A DNA stretch of 64,000 nucleotides, taken from positions 26,606,177-26,670,176 of the forward strand of contig NC_068984.1 in NCBI RefSeq assembly GCF_001194135.2, written 5' to 3'. The notes under the pieces were generated by a model, which was not told the origin of the DNA, made no database searches, and saw only the letters and a list, made by a program, of their open reading frames with translations. Shown here one piece after another: positions 12,687-25,290 of this stretch. Each line of letters opens with the position of its first letter. Position 1 is the first letter of the stretch. The DNA is from Octopus bimaculoides (taxonomy: Eukaryota). The position numbers and the translations under genes were made by a program.

Positions 12687-13974
12687 GACACAGATCCACA
12701 GATACAGTCGCAAACGCATGCGCAGATACGCATTCGCAGATAAAACACCACAGAAAGAAAGAATGGACTAAACAGAACAAGAAGAAACACGTGGGATGGA
12801 GAGTCATTGAAGAGGTCACGGGATATGTGACGAAAGATTTCAGACAAAGAACACTATATTAAGAATAATGATAGAGTTGAAGTGAAGACCAAGTATATAG
12901 TGCGTGTGGTTAATTGACAAAAAATGTAACCGTCCCGAAATATAACAATATCTGCTTCAACACACGATTTGCAAAACAAATACATAAACGCAAAAAATAA
13001 CATTATGCTTTCTTTTTCAGTTGTTTTAAACAAACAAATATATAAATCGGTATTATTTCGTTTTATGATCATAACATGCAGGTGAAAATATTGACATTAT
13101 TCGAAGAACATTATTTGAAGAACATAGCGAAATAGATAACTGACACCATTTTTTTTTCATTCACCCCTACCCCCCACCCCCACCCATAGCCATATTTTTT
13201 TGTCATCGACACTTTCTGATTTTTTTTTTTTTAATATCACGTTGAATATGCGGAGATTACGATTCTGAAATGTATAAAAAATCTTTTTCGCATTCATTTT
13301 GTAATCATAAGATGAAAGAANNNNNNNNNNNNNNNNNNNNNNNNNNNNNNNNNNNNNNNNNNNNNNNNNNNNNNNNNNNNNNNNNNNNNNNNNNNNNNNN
13401 NNNNNNNNNNNNNNNNNNNNNNNNNNNNNNNNNNNNNNNNNNNNNNNNNNNNNNNNNNNNNNNNNNNNNNNNNNNNNNNNNNNNNNNNNNNNNNNNNNNN
13501 NNNNNNNNNNNNNNNNNNNNNNNNNNNNNNNNNNNNNNNNNNNNNNNNNNNNNNNNNNNNNNNNNNNNNNNNNNNNNNNNNNNNNNNNNNNNNNNNNNNN
13601 NNNNNNNNNNNNNNNNNNNNNNNNNNNNNNNNNNNNNNNNNNNNNNNNNNNNNNNNNNNNNNNNNATATATATATACATATATATTTATGTATGTGTAAT
13701 TTCCATGATCGAAGGTGTAAATAAGGGATCAGAATATACTGTCATCAAAGAATCTACAAATAAAAATGATGTTCAACATACAATTCGATAGACAACAGAA
13801 AGCAAGAAGACTGTGTGCGTGTGTCTACGTGGACGAGGATGCTTGTTTCTGGGCATTATGCGTGTGTGTGTGTGTGTGTGTGTGTGCGTGTATGTGTGTG
13901 TGTGTGTGTGTGTGTCCGCATGCGTTCACGGATTCACGAACACACACACACACACACACACACATATCACTGTA

Positions 13975-14230
13975 TCGACCAAACTATCGGATTATACACC
14001 GCTGGTCACAATGCGCTTCCTCTCATTGTTGTAGCTTTCGAATGATGTCTCCTCGCTGGTTAGGTGAGCAAGCCAACATTCCTCTCGTACGGAACACCAG
14101 TCTTTCGCAGATGAGTGGTCTAAACTAAGGTGAAATGAAGTCTTTCGTTCGTGAACACAACTCACCCCCGATCAAAACCACAATCTGATCGTGAGTGCAA
14201 CGCCCTAACTACTAGGCAATAGGCCTTCAC
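13975..14230 (-). mobile_element. SINE family B-related copy, degraded
   Basis: The minus strand begins gtgaaggcctattgcctagtagttagggcgttgcactcacgatc, a tRNA-like head related to 23622 and 58135. Confidence 0.65.
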
Positions 14231-14699
14231 CTCACACACAAACACATACGAGCATGTGGGTGTGTTCATGTGTAAGTGTGCATTTGTTTGTATGTTTATG
14301 TGCATGTGTAGAAATGCGCGTGTATGTAACAAGATTATGGCAAAGAATAAGGATGTAAGATATATATAAAAAAATAAAATATAACAAGAAAATAAATATT
14401 ATCATAAATATTTGTTAGAATCTGGCTGCAAGCATTTCAAAGACAGGAAGGGCACTATCTCATATTTTCGGGGTTTCTTTTTCTTTCTGTAACATATGGC
14501 AACAATTCTAACGTCATCTTAAGGAAATAAAGACACAAACGCACATACACACATATGATTATGAGCATTCCATTAATTACACATACAACGTATACATCCG
14601 CATTCATATATATATATATATTTAATTATTTATATGTGTGTGTTTATCACCATGTTATTTGCATATGTACATATGCACTGAAACATATATACACACGTA

Positions 14700-14753
<54 letters not shown>

Positions 14754-14792
14754 NNNNNNNNNNTGTGTGCGCGTGTTTGTGTTTGTGTGTGT

Positions 14793-14835
<43 letters not shown>

Positions 14836-15649
14836 CATGTGTATTTGAGAGAGAGAGAGAGAGAGGTAGAGAGATAGGAAGTATTCAGAGAGAGAGGAGA
14901 AAAGGTTGAGAAAGATAGAGAGATAGAGAGAGATAGAAGAGGTTTTACCGATAGACACTTTCACAAACATATACATATACATACATATACATACATATAC
15001 AGACATAAATTTGCTATATCAATACGGCTGATTGTTTCTTAGCATGCAGCTGTCAGTGGATATTTGCTGTTGACGAGACTCGGGGATGCAGAAATGCGCA
15101 TTTAGCAATACAATACCACCATCGCTTTTTGACGATTTTAGACAGCTACTGATATATTTCTGTGTTTTGTAACACCGTACGTCCATAAATGATGCATTTT
15201 AACAACTATCACTTGTGAACACACCTCGTATATCAGCTTCATTATATTAAAGATCCAATTTAAGAAGTTCAACAACATCTGAACCTGACTATCTGAAACT
15301 TAGTGCTGCTATCTCACCCTCTCACACTCTTTTTACACACCTGAACACGCACATCAATCGCTAACGAGTATGATATAACAGCAAGGCCCCATTCTTTCGC
15401 TCATTGTTTTAGATGTTCATGGTAGTCGTAAGTAGAAACAATCCCGTCTTTCGACCATCCAACTCTTGTCCCAACGATTGATGATGGCACCCCTAATCGG
15501 CTGGAACTCGTTTCACCTGCGTAAAGAGGAGCAACGTGAAATGAAGTATGTTGCTCAACGGCACCGTACCGCTCGATCAGAAAATCGATTTCACCAGAAA
15601 GTCATTTTATGACACGCGCACGCACGCACGTTATCTACATTCTTTTGTT

Positions 15650-16062
15650 CTTTTACTTGTTTCAGTCGTTACATTGCGGCCATGCTGGAGCACCGCCTTG
15701 AAGAATTTTTAGTCGAGTAAATTAACTCCAGTACTTCTTTTTTTAAAGTCTGGCACTAATTCTATCGATCATATTAGTCGAACCGCTAGGTTACGGGGAC
15801 GTAAGCACCAACACCGGTTGTCAAGCGGTGGTGGAGACAAACACATATACAAAGACACACACACACACACACACACACAAAGTTATAAAATGATAATTAT
15901 TTTAGAAGTAGATTTGAATCTAATTTCTACAAATGATGACAATCTCACATAAAATTTACTTTTTCTCTTTTTTTCTGTCCTGCAAACCAGGTTTGTTTTT
16001 TTCTGAACCTATGAATGTCATTAAATGTTTCTGAATACAATAAGAGAGAAAGAAAGAACTAA

Positions 16063-16127
<65 letters not shown>

Positions 16128-16585
16128 CAGATAGATAGAAAGATATGGAGAGAGAGAGAGGGGGGGGTAGAGAATGAATTAGGAAAAATAAGAAAGAAAA
16201 GAAGAATTATGACACATTAATTAAACTCAAAAATAGTTTTCCTTTTTTAATTGAATTAGACAATAGTAAACATACTGCTATTTTATGTTTGTATATAAGT
16301 GTGCAAGTTTGAGTATGTGTGTATGAATATATGCATGTAAACACACACANNNNNNNNNNTCTGTGTGTAGCCCCTTGTGGGTAGTAAAGAAATAACACAC
16401 GTATACATACATGCAAACATACAGACGACGAGCTTCTTTCAGTTTCCGTCAACCAAATCCACTAATAAGTAAGTCCTGGTCGGCCCGAGGCTGTAGCAGA
16501 AGATACTTGCCCAAGGTGCCATGCAATGAGACTGAATCCGGAACCATGCGGTTGGGAAGCAAGCTTCTTATCACACAGCTACGCC
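15650..16585 (-). mobile_element. SINE family C: head 16425-16585, tail 15650-15845, microsatellite-rich interior
   Basis: Both modules lie on the minus strand in the same order as the copy at 26259-26835. Confidence 0.7.
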
Positions 16586-16616
16586 AACGCCAATAGCTGA
16601 ACTGTTATACGTGTGT

Positions 16617-16685
<69 letters not shown>

Positions 16686-17229
16686 TGCCTGTACTAATTC
16701 TAATTACTAAAACAATAATAATCATTTCTGTCTAACTTGTTCCATTCACTCGCTCAATTGGTAAATATCATCTGATGAAGCTGTGCCATGGGGAAAGAGG
16801 AAGCTGGATTGTAAATACTTCCTCCCACTATATGTATTTAGCTATTCCAGTGATTCTACCTCCTTCCTCAACAAATAACTAAGACTGCCGACTTAATCGC
16901 TCCAGTACTGGACACGAGAGGCGCTTTAAGAAATCTAATATATCTGTCAATAACTTGACTGAAGCGAACATTAAAAGATAGCGCACCCGTTCGGCAGGCA
17001 CCTATTAGATACGAGCAGGTTTTGTGGTCCCCGTTAAGATGCGACGATTGGATTGCTTCTTTAATATATTTTGTAGGACTCCTTTTTTATTTTTTTTTTT
17101 TTTACCTTCGTATATCATTGCAAGGATTCCTCTACATTGTACAACATTCTAATCATTCCAGTTTCTTGTAGCAAGGTTGTATATGTGGTTTTAACATGTC
17201 ATCACCCCATTTGTTTTGTTTATAATTCT

Positions 17230-17305
17230 GACAACGCACACGCACGCACGCACGCACACACACACAAACACATAAACGATCTCCCAGAAATACACTGAAA
17301 GGAAA

Positions 17306-17381
<76 letters not shown>

Positions 17382-17465
17382 GGATAGATAAAGAGAGAGA
17401 GAGACAGATAGAGAGAGAGAGAGAGAGACAGATATATATATATATAGAGAGAGAGAGACAGAGAG

Positions 17466-17515
<50 letters not shown>

Positions 17516-17530
17516 AAAGAGGGGAAAAAC
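17230..17530. repeat. (GCAC)n/(GA)n microsatellite tract
   Basis: Direct tandem repeats. Confidence 0.95.
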
Positions 17531-17894
17531 AAGAAAGAGAGATTGAAAGAAAAAGAGATTTGGTATTTCTATATATAATCCATTTTAATTAATCGAATTA
17601 CTATTTGTCGATTTTAGTCTAATTATCATTCTCCTATTCGATGACATTTCATAGAATCATACAGACAGCTCCTATCTTATGTTAAGTTTCAGTTTTTGTC
17701 GAATTGATGAGTTTATGAAATACGTTTGTTTCATATGTCTCAGCCAAAATGATATATTACCGCTAAACCATGGGGAACGTAAAAAGGCTAACTCAAATGA
17801 CCCTGCCTTTTCTAATCAGGAGAATCCCAGAGATGACATTCATTTCCAAAATAGTGCGTTACAGAATCGTTCTGTTAATATAAAATATTGCAGT

Positions 17895-18930
17895 AAGGCG
17901 GCGAGCTGGCAGAATCATTAGTACAACGGGCAAAATACTTTGTGGCATTTCGCCCGCCTTCACATTCTGAGTTCAAATTCCGCCGGGGTCAACTTTGCCT
18001 TTCACCATTTCCGGGGTCGATAAAATAAGTATCATTCGAGTACTGGGGTTGCTCTAATCGACTTCCTCCGCCTCCGAAATTGCTGGTCTTGTGCCAAAAT
18101 TTGAAATCGATATATCTTATCAAAACGGTGAGCTGGCAGAAACGTTAGCACGCCGGGCAAAATGCTTAGCGGTATTTCGTCAGTCTTTACGTTCTGAGTT
18201 CAAATTCTGCCGAGGTCGACTTTGCCTTTCATCCTTTCGGGATCGATAAATTAAGTACCAGTTGCGTACTGGGGTCGATGTAATCGACTAGTCCTCTCCC
18301 CCAAATTTCAGGCCTTGTGCCTATAGCAGAAAGGATATTTTGTCTTACTATTGTTTTCAAATACGTTGTAAGAATGATTTTGAATTTCAGCACAATTTTA
18401 GGAGAGGGTTAAGCCAAGTACATCGACCCCAGTACTCAGCAGGTACTTATCTTATCGACCCTGAAAGGAAGAAAAGGAAAGTCGAATTCAGCGGCAGTTG
18501 AACTTAGAACGTAAAAAGTCGGAAGAAATGTCGCTTAGTAATTTGTCTGCTGCGATAATGATTCTGTGATAATAAGCAGTTCTAAGGTGGCGAACTAGCA
18601 GAATCATTAGTACGCCGGGCAAAATGCATAGAAGCATTTCGTCCGTCTTTACGTTCTGAGTTCAAATTCCACTGAGGTCGACTTTACATTTCATCTCCTT
18701 TCGAGGGCGATAAAATAAGTACCAGTTGCGCACTGGAGTCGATATAATCGACTGATACCCCTCCCACAAAGTCGCTGGCTCTGTACCAAAATTTGAAACC
18801 AATAATAACGAGCTCTGATGGCCGAATCTCGACAATAATTCTTGTGATGTTTAGTTATGGTCCTTTACATTCCGAGTTCAAATTGCACTCCCGCCTACTT
18901 TGGTCTTCACCCTTTTGCGTACGAGGCAAT
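17895..18930. mobile_element. Cluster of SINE family A copies: about 17895-18110 +, 18120-18340 +, 18380-18570 -, 18585-18800 +, plus a degraded remnant
   Basis: Each copy carries ggcgagctggcagaa..ttctgagttcaaattc..gaggtcgactttgcctttcatcc. Confidence 0.88.
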
Positions 18931-19517
18931 CGAATATATCACCACTCTTCAATATTCGTAGACATGTATCTCTATTTTTGTTTTTATTTTACATTAGCAT
19001 TGACAATTAGAATTGCATGGTGCCAACCAGTAATCCTCTACGCAGGCATCAGACCTAGAGATAGAACTATTACTACCATCTTAGAAACGACATTTTATAT
19101 GTAATGGGATCACAACTTACTTTCACATGTGAAAATGATGGAGAGATCATGCTTGGATAGCATTTAACACTAGCTGCCTTACGAACATGATCTGTTAATA
19201 TCTGTCTTTGTTTAACTCCAGGTCAACCTTGATTCACTAGAATTATAATCTATAATATATAAAATACTATAATATAGTATTATAATATATTTCTACTACA
19301 TTTATTATACTATAAATGTAGTATAAATATATAGTATTATACTATATTTATATGTTTATAACTATAAACACAGATAATGACTGGAACACAAGGTTCAACA
19401 AAAAGTATTTAAAAGTGAAAGGTCATATTAGTAAAATGTTTAGGGATTTTGAATATCATTTTTAAACTTCAAAATTGATCCTTATATTACATAACATCAC
19501 AAATTCAATCAAATTTC

Positions 19518-19775
19518 TTAGTGGCCTTCATATGCTAGTGTGTTCTGCAAATGTTTTGCGGTCCTGTCTGCCAGAATGCCAGATGAGTTCCTTCGAAGGA
19601 TGGCAAATGAGATATCCCGAAGGAACCATTCCGTCTCATGAGGATAAATTTTACAGATGGCCGTCTCTACGCCGATCAAAATGACCAAGGAGACGGTTCG
19701 GGGATCCAGAGCTCAGGATGATTCTACTATTAAAACGTCGAAAAGAAATTTCTAAGGATCCACCAGTACTTTATT
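19518..19775 (-). mobile_element. CRE-like RLE non-LTR retrotransposon 3' remnant
   Basis: The minus strand reads FLFDVLIVESS*ALDPRTVSLVILIG..YPHETEWFLRDISFAILRRNSSGILA. This resembles the FxPxAxETxGxxGP..RETxFLxQRISxAIxRGNxxxIL terminus of CRE-type ORFs. Confidence 0.55.
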
Positions 19776-20221
19776 AGGTGGGTGGGAGACAGCATGAACC
19801 TGATAAACATCCATCCATCCGTCCATCCATCCATCCATCCATCCATCCTGACAGCCAGTTAGTTAGACACACAGATGGTATAATAAGCAAAGAAACAAGT
19901 ACGAGACCGGAAAAAAAATACGAAGCGAAAGAGAAAACCAAAATGGAAGAAATAAACATTATCTTTCAGCAAAGGCTTCTTTGACACTCATGTCCTTTTC
20001 CGGTGAAGAATCTACCACCTGCAAATTGTTGCTGTGGGTGGCTTCATAAGAGCGCCCACTACTATCAACGCCCCTTACCCTTCTTCCTCTACCCAAAATA
20101 TGTTCTTGTGTCTTCTCCTTCAATTGTTCCTTATTATAGCTTCTTAATAAGCATTGTCATCACCACCATAGTCATCATCGTGAGATCAACAGTATTCGGC
20201 GATCCACTTCGAGCAAAATAA

Positions 20222-20625
20222 TCCTTTCTATTATAGGCACAAGGCCTGAAATTTGTGGGGAGTGGGTAAGTCGATAATATTGACTCCAATGTTTCACTGG
20301 TACTTAATTTATCGACCTCGAAATGATGAAAGGCAAAGTTGAACTCGGCAGAATTTGAACTCAGAACGTCTTTAAGACGGACAAAATGCCGCTAAGAGTT
20401 TCGCCCAGCGTGCTGACGATTCAGCCTCTTTCTGATTTTGGCATAAGGCTTGCAATTTTTTGGGGAGGGGTTAAGTAGATTACATCGAATCCAGTGCTTA
20501 GTTTATCGACTCTGAAAGGATGAAAGGCAAAGTTGACCACGTCAGAATTTGAACTCAGAACACAAAGACCAGGGGAAATGCCGCCAAGCATTTTGTTCAG
20601 CATGTAAACGATTCTGCCAGCTCAC
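20222..20625 (-). mobile_element. Two tandem SINE family A copies
   Basis: Family A body twice in the same orientation. Confidence 0.87.
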
Positions 20626-20630
20626 CGCTT

Positions 20631-20672
<42 letters not shown>

Positions 20673-20791
20673 ATAACAATAATAATAATAATAATAATAA
20701 CAATAATTTATTCTTTTATTAGCCACAAGGACTCATATACAAAAACATTAAATGACATACAACATAAAGACAAAAACAGGACGTTACAATG

Positions 20792-20840
<49 letters not shown>

Positions 20841-20841
<1 letters not shown>

Positions 20842-21458
20842 GACAAAGTAAAATCTCAACAATGGTTGAAAATTACAAAACTCAAAACAGAGACTGAACG
20901 ACTTTTATTTGCGGGACCTGTATGCACTGGAAGCTATGCCAACATTCTGAAATGATAACAGAAAAAAGATGGTATAGGTGCATCCCAGGAAATGACAGAG
21001 CAACCACACTCTGGAATATGGCCATACACACAGATAGAAAGATCGAAGTTAGTAGACCGGATATTGATGTCAGAGACCAGCAAGACAAAATGCCTTCTAA
21101 TTGACGTATTAATTCCAACAGATGACAATGTATCTCTAAAAGAAACGGAGAAACTCTCAAAATACAAAGATCTGGAAATAGAGACAACCCGAATGTGGAA
21201 CCTAAAAACAGAAACAAGCCCTATAATAATAGATGCATGAGGTATGATAAAAAAAACAAAACAACATACAGACAAGTACATAACCAAAACACCAGGACTT
21301 ACGAATATATAACGTACAGAAAATAGCACTACTAGGCACTGCACACATATTAAGCACTTTCAATAGTGAAAATAACAACATCAAAACAAAACACAGCGCT
21401 TACTCAAAGTACACAGAGCAGTATGAAAGAACATGATAAAAATAACACTACTGAATAA
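20841..21458 (+). mobile_element. R4/Dong-type RLE LINE, 5'-truncated and internally deleted
   Basis: DKVKSQQWL..KTETERLLF, HWKLCQH, LWNMAIHTDRKIEVSRPDI.., CLLIDVLIPTDDNVSLKETEKLSKYKDLEIE (RLE PD..D..E..K motif) and ALLGTAHI. Starts immediately after (AAT)n and ends in AAT repeats. Confidence 0.85.
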
Positions 21459-21464
21459 TAATGA

Positions 21465-21910
21465 TAAGAATGGTTTCGAATTTTGGCTCAAGACCAGCAA
21501 TTATGGGAGAAGGAAGTAAGTCGATAACATCGACTCTAGTGCTCAACTGTTACTTATCTTACCGACCCCGAAACGATGAAAGGTAAGATTGAGCTCGATC
21601 GAATTGGATCTTAGAACGTAAAGACGGACGAATTACCGCTAAACATTTTGCTAGGCGTCTGATGATTCTTCCAGCTCGCCGCCCTAATAATAATGATAAT
21701 GACCCTTTTAACTATGGGCACAAGGCCTGAAATGCTAGAGATGGGGATAATCGATTACAACGACCCCAGTACTCAACAGGTACTTATTTTATCGACCCCG
21801 AAAGGATGAAAGGCAAAGTCGACCTCGGCTTAATCTGAACTCAGAACGTAGCGAAGGGCGATATACCGCTAAGCATTACGTCCAACATGCTAACGATTGC
21901 GCCAGCTCGC
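21465..21910 (-). mobile_element. Two tandem SINE family A copies separated by an AAT-rich linker
   Basis: Family A body twice. Confidence 0.85.
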
Positions 21911-21920
21911 AATCGTAGTA

Positions 21921-21979
<59 letters not shown>

Positions 21980-21986
<7 letters not shown>

Positions 21987-22246
21987 CAGAAACAATTCCT
22001 ATCATAGTAGGTGCCTTAGGTATAATAAAAAATATTCAGACAAATACATAACAAAAATACCAGGACTTACAAATATATATAACATACAGAAAGTTGCACT
22101 ACTGGGCACTGCACACATCCTACGCAAAACACTTTCAATACAGTAACCATAAGAGCACCACAGCAAACCACAGCACATACCCAAGGCGCACAGAGCTGCG
22201 CTCGGTAGTGAAGTGAAAACACGTTATAAAAATAAAACTACTGAAC
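21980..22246 (+). mobile_element. R4/Dong-type LINE extreme 3' end, copy 1
   Basis: KTETIPIIVGALGII, a 1-nt frameshift, then YSDKYITKIPGLTNIYNIQKVALLGTAHILRKTLSIQ* and a 3'UTR. (TAA)n on both sides. Confidence 0.88.
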
Positions 22247-22271
22247 AATAATAATAATAATNNNNNNNNNN

Positions 22272-22301
<30 letters not shown>

Positions 22302-22308
<7 letters not shown>

Positions 22309-22568
22309 CAGAAACAATTCCTATCATAGTAGGTGCCTTAGGTATAATAAAAAATATTCAGACAAATACATAACAAAAATACCAGGACTTACAAATATAT
22401 ATAACATACAGAAAGTTGCACTACTGGGCACTGCACACATCCTACGCAAAACACTTTCAATACAGTAACCATAAGAGCACCACAGCAAACCACAGCACAT
22501 ACCCAAGGCGCACAGAGCTGCGCTCGGTAGTGAAGTGAAAACACGTTATAAAAATAAAACTACTGAAC
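22302..22568 (+). mobile_element. R4/Dong-type LINE extreme 3' end, copy 2 (identical by eye to copy 1)
   Basis: Same 267 bp, same truncation point and same frameshift. Separated from copy 1 by (TAA)n and a 10-N gap. Confidence 0.85.
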
Positions 22569-22589
22569 AATAATAATAATAATAATAAT

Positions 22590-22800
22590 CCTTTCTGCTA
22601 TAGGCACAAGACCTGAAATTTAGGGGAGGTGTAAGTCGATTACATCGGCTTCAGTGCTTGACTGATACTTATTTTATCGACCCCGAAATGATGAAAGGCA
22701 AAGCAGACCTCGGCCGAATTTGAACTCAGAACGTAAAGACGGGCGAAATGCCGCTAATGATTTTGCCCGGCGCGCTAATGATTCTTCCAGCTCGCTGGCA
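22590..22800 (-). mobile_element. SINE family A copy
   Basis: Full body. Its (ATT)n tail is the (AAT)n tract adjoining the R4 fragment. Confidence 0.88.
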
Positions 22801-22838
22801 TAATAATGATGATGATGATAATAATGATGATGATAATA

Positions 22839-22917
<79 letters not shown>

Positions 22918-23429
22918 GGAAAATAATAATGATGATTATAATTGTAATTATAATCTTCGTCATTGTTTTTAACATGCACGTTGTTATGACTACCGATTTC
23001 ACTCCGTCTTGATAATTTAACTGAAACTATCTATATGTCATTGTTGCTATGATTGTTATGATTGTTATTTTTTCTGTTGTTGCCCTTGTTGTAGTTGCTG
23101 TTGTTGCCGTTAGCTAGCCAAGTGTCGAATCTGTGCAGTCAATTAAGCAAATATTTTGCGTGCTCCATCTGCCTTAGGGTTCTGAAACCGGACTACGCTT
23201 GCCCTTAGGGGCACACAAGTAAAAATTGCGAAGATACATAAGGTTTGTAAAAACGCTGGAATTTTGAAGTAATCGACTCTACTTCTTAAACCTGACATAC
23301 AGTTGGCAAGCACCGCATTTAGTTTTCATAATAATATTCCTTATATATTCATTTACAATTTACTTACTATGGTTTGTAGTATTTTGGTTGGATTTTAAGA
23401 GAATGTGTATGTACTGTACATTAGCTCAC

Positions 23430-23622
23430 TCCCTCCATCAAATCGATGTTGCCTGAACAGGTATACGGTGCACCACGTTTAGGGTATCGAAATCATCGTG
23501 GAGCAACGTGAGATGAAGTGTTTTGCTCAAGAACACAACGCACTATCTGGTCTAGGAATTGAAACTATGATCTCACGGTTGTCAGTGCAACACCCTAACC
23601 ACTAGGCTATGCGTCCTCACTT
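23430..23622 (-). mobile_element. SINE family B-related copy
   Basis: The minus strand begins gtgaggacgcatagcctagtggttagggtgttgcactgac..gtttcaattcctagacc..gcgttgtgttcttgagcaaaacact. Confidence 0.75.
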
Positions 23623-23919
23623 ACGATACACCTACACTGTTTGTACTTTATTTTTTACTGTACAGATATTAGGTTTTATGTAACTTATAAAAACATAGTA
23701 TTGAACATGATTACCGGTAAATAAAAATGAAAACTGAATAACGTCATCATTTTATTTTTAAATGTATGAGCAATGAAATTAGTCATGTTACACTCTTACA
23801 TGGAGATAAAATTCAGATTTCACCTAAAAATAACGTTTTTGACTACTGTACAAAAAACAAAACAAAACGTGATTATCAAAGCTTACACAATTCACGTGTC
23901 ATAACGGTACATAATAGCT

Positions 23920-24045
23920 GTATTTGGTGGAACATTCTCAGCACTTTGTGGCATGCCATGTCAGCGGTCAAGAAAAAAAAAAAGAAAAGATTCTGATGCT
24001 GGAGGTTTTCAGATTTTGGAATTTCGAGTAAAGGATTTTCAACTG
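23920..24045. mobile_element. Tigger/pogo-like DNA transposon terminal remnant
   Basis: ggtggaacattctcagcactttgtggcatgccatgtcagcggtcaagaaaa..ttttcagattttggaatttcgagtaaaggattttcaactg resembles the Tigger4/MER46 end as I recall it. No partner TIR seen. Confidence 0.45.
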
Positions 24046-24399
24046 AGAAATCACAGAATTCCAGATTGCAAATTCTAATTATACATGCCCTTAGAAATGA
24101 TGCAAATGATAAGCACCGATATCATTTTCTGTTGTTGCCTATTTTGTTATAGCATTGTTCGTGTGCCTACAAGACAAGCCCTGCATGTATTATTGCTGTG
24201 TGTGTATGTGTGTGCGTGTGTGTATGTGTATGTGCGTTCTTGCATGTGTGTGAGTATGTACGTTTATTGCTTAAGCGCATTACATTGTAGATATAGATTA
24301 CACATTGAATATATTCAAACAAGTGTGTTTTGGTTAGAGCTAGCTTTACACTTACATACAAAAAAAAAACACGCACACAAAGACACAAACACATGATAC

Positions 24400-24402
24400 A
24401 TA

Positions 24403-24497
<95 letters not shown>

Positions 24498-24836
24498 AGG
24501 TATGTATGTATGTCTATGTATGTCTATATATAAGACACACGCACGCGTATAATATTAAGATGTATGCAGATGCAGTATTGGAATGTGAATTGCTAAAAGG
24601 GTAAAAACCTCTCAATTACACCAGAGAGGACGTAATCCTGGTATGACGTCATTGACTTCAGGCACATTACTCTTTTTTTAATGAATTTAACACATTAGTT
24701 TAATATTCTGCTGGCCAAGAATACATTTAATTAAAACCACTGAAACGTCATATAATTATTTAAACCTCTGTCGCAAAAAATTAACAGCTATATTCAGTAA
24801 CATAATGCTCATTCACACACATATATATATATAGAG

Positions 24837-24878
<42 letters not shown>

Positions 24879-25068
24879 GCACACGCGTGCGCACATGCAC
24901 ATTTATATATCTATAACCATATATATGCATGTATAAGCATATATGTATGTTTATATGTGTAAATATATATATATATATATATATTTCTCTCTCTTTCTAT
25001 ATATATATATCTATATTTATTTCTCTCTTTCTCTCTCTCTCTCTATATATATATATTTCTCTCTCTTC

Positions 25069-25114
<46 letters not shown>

Positions 25115-25290
25115 TTCTCTCTTTATATATATATATATATATATAAAGAGAGAAATATATATATATATATATATATTTCTCTCTCTTTCTATATATAATG
25201 ATATACATTTATATATGCATACATACACACGCACACACACACACATATGGAGAGAGAGAGAGAGGGGGGGGGGAGAGTGAGTGAGTGAGA
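24400..25290. repeat. Compound (TACA)n/(TA)n/(CA)n/(TC)n tracts
   Basis: Direct tandem repeats, with a short unique interval. Confidence 0.9.

Noticed and set aside
16757-16800. CTGATGA...GAAA hammerhead-like spacing
   Set aside because: No helix II pairing and no NUH or helix I.
17895-18930. CRISPR-like array of repeated units
   Set aside because: The units are about 200-bp diverged SINEs in mixed orientation, with no spacer architecture or cas genes, in eukaryotic DNA.
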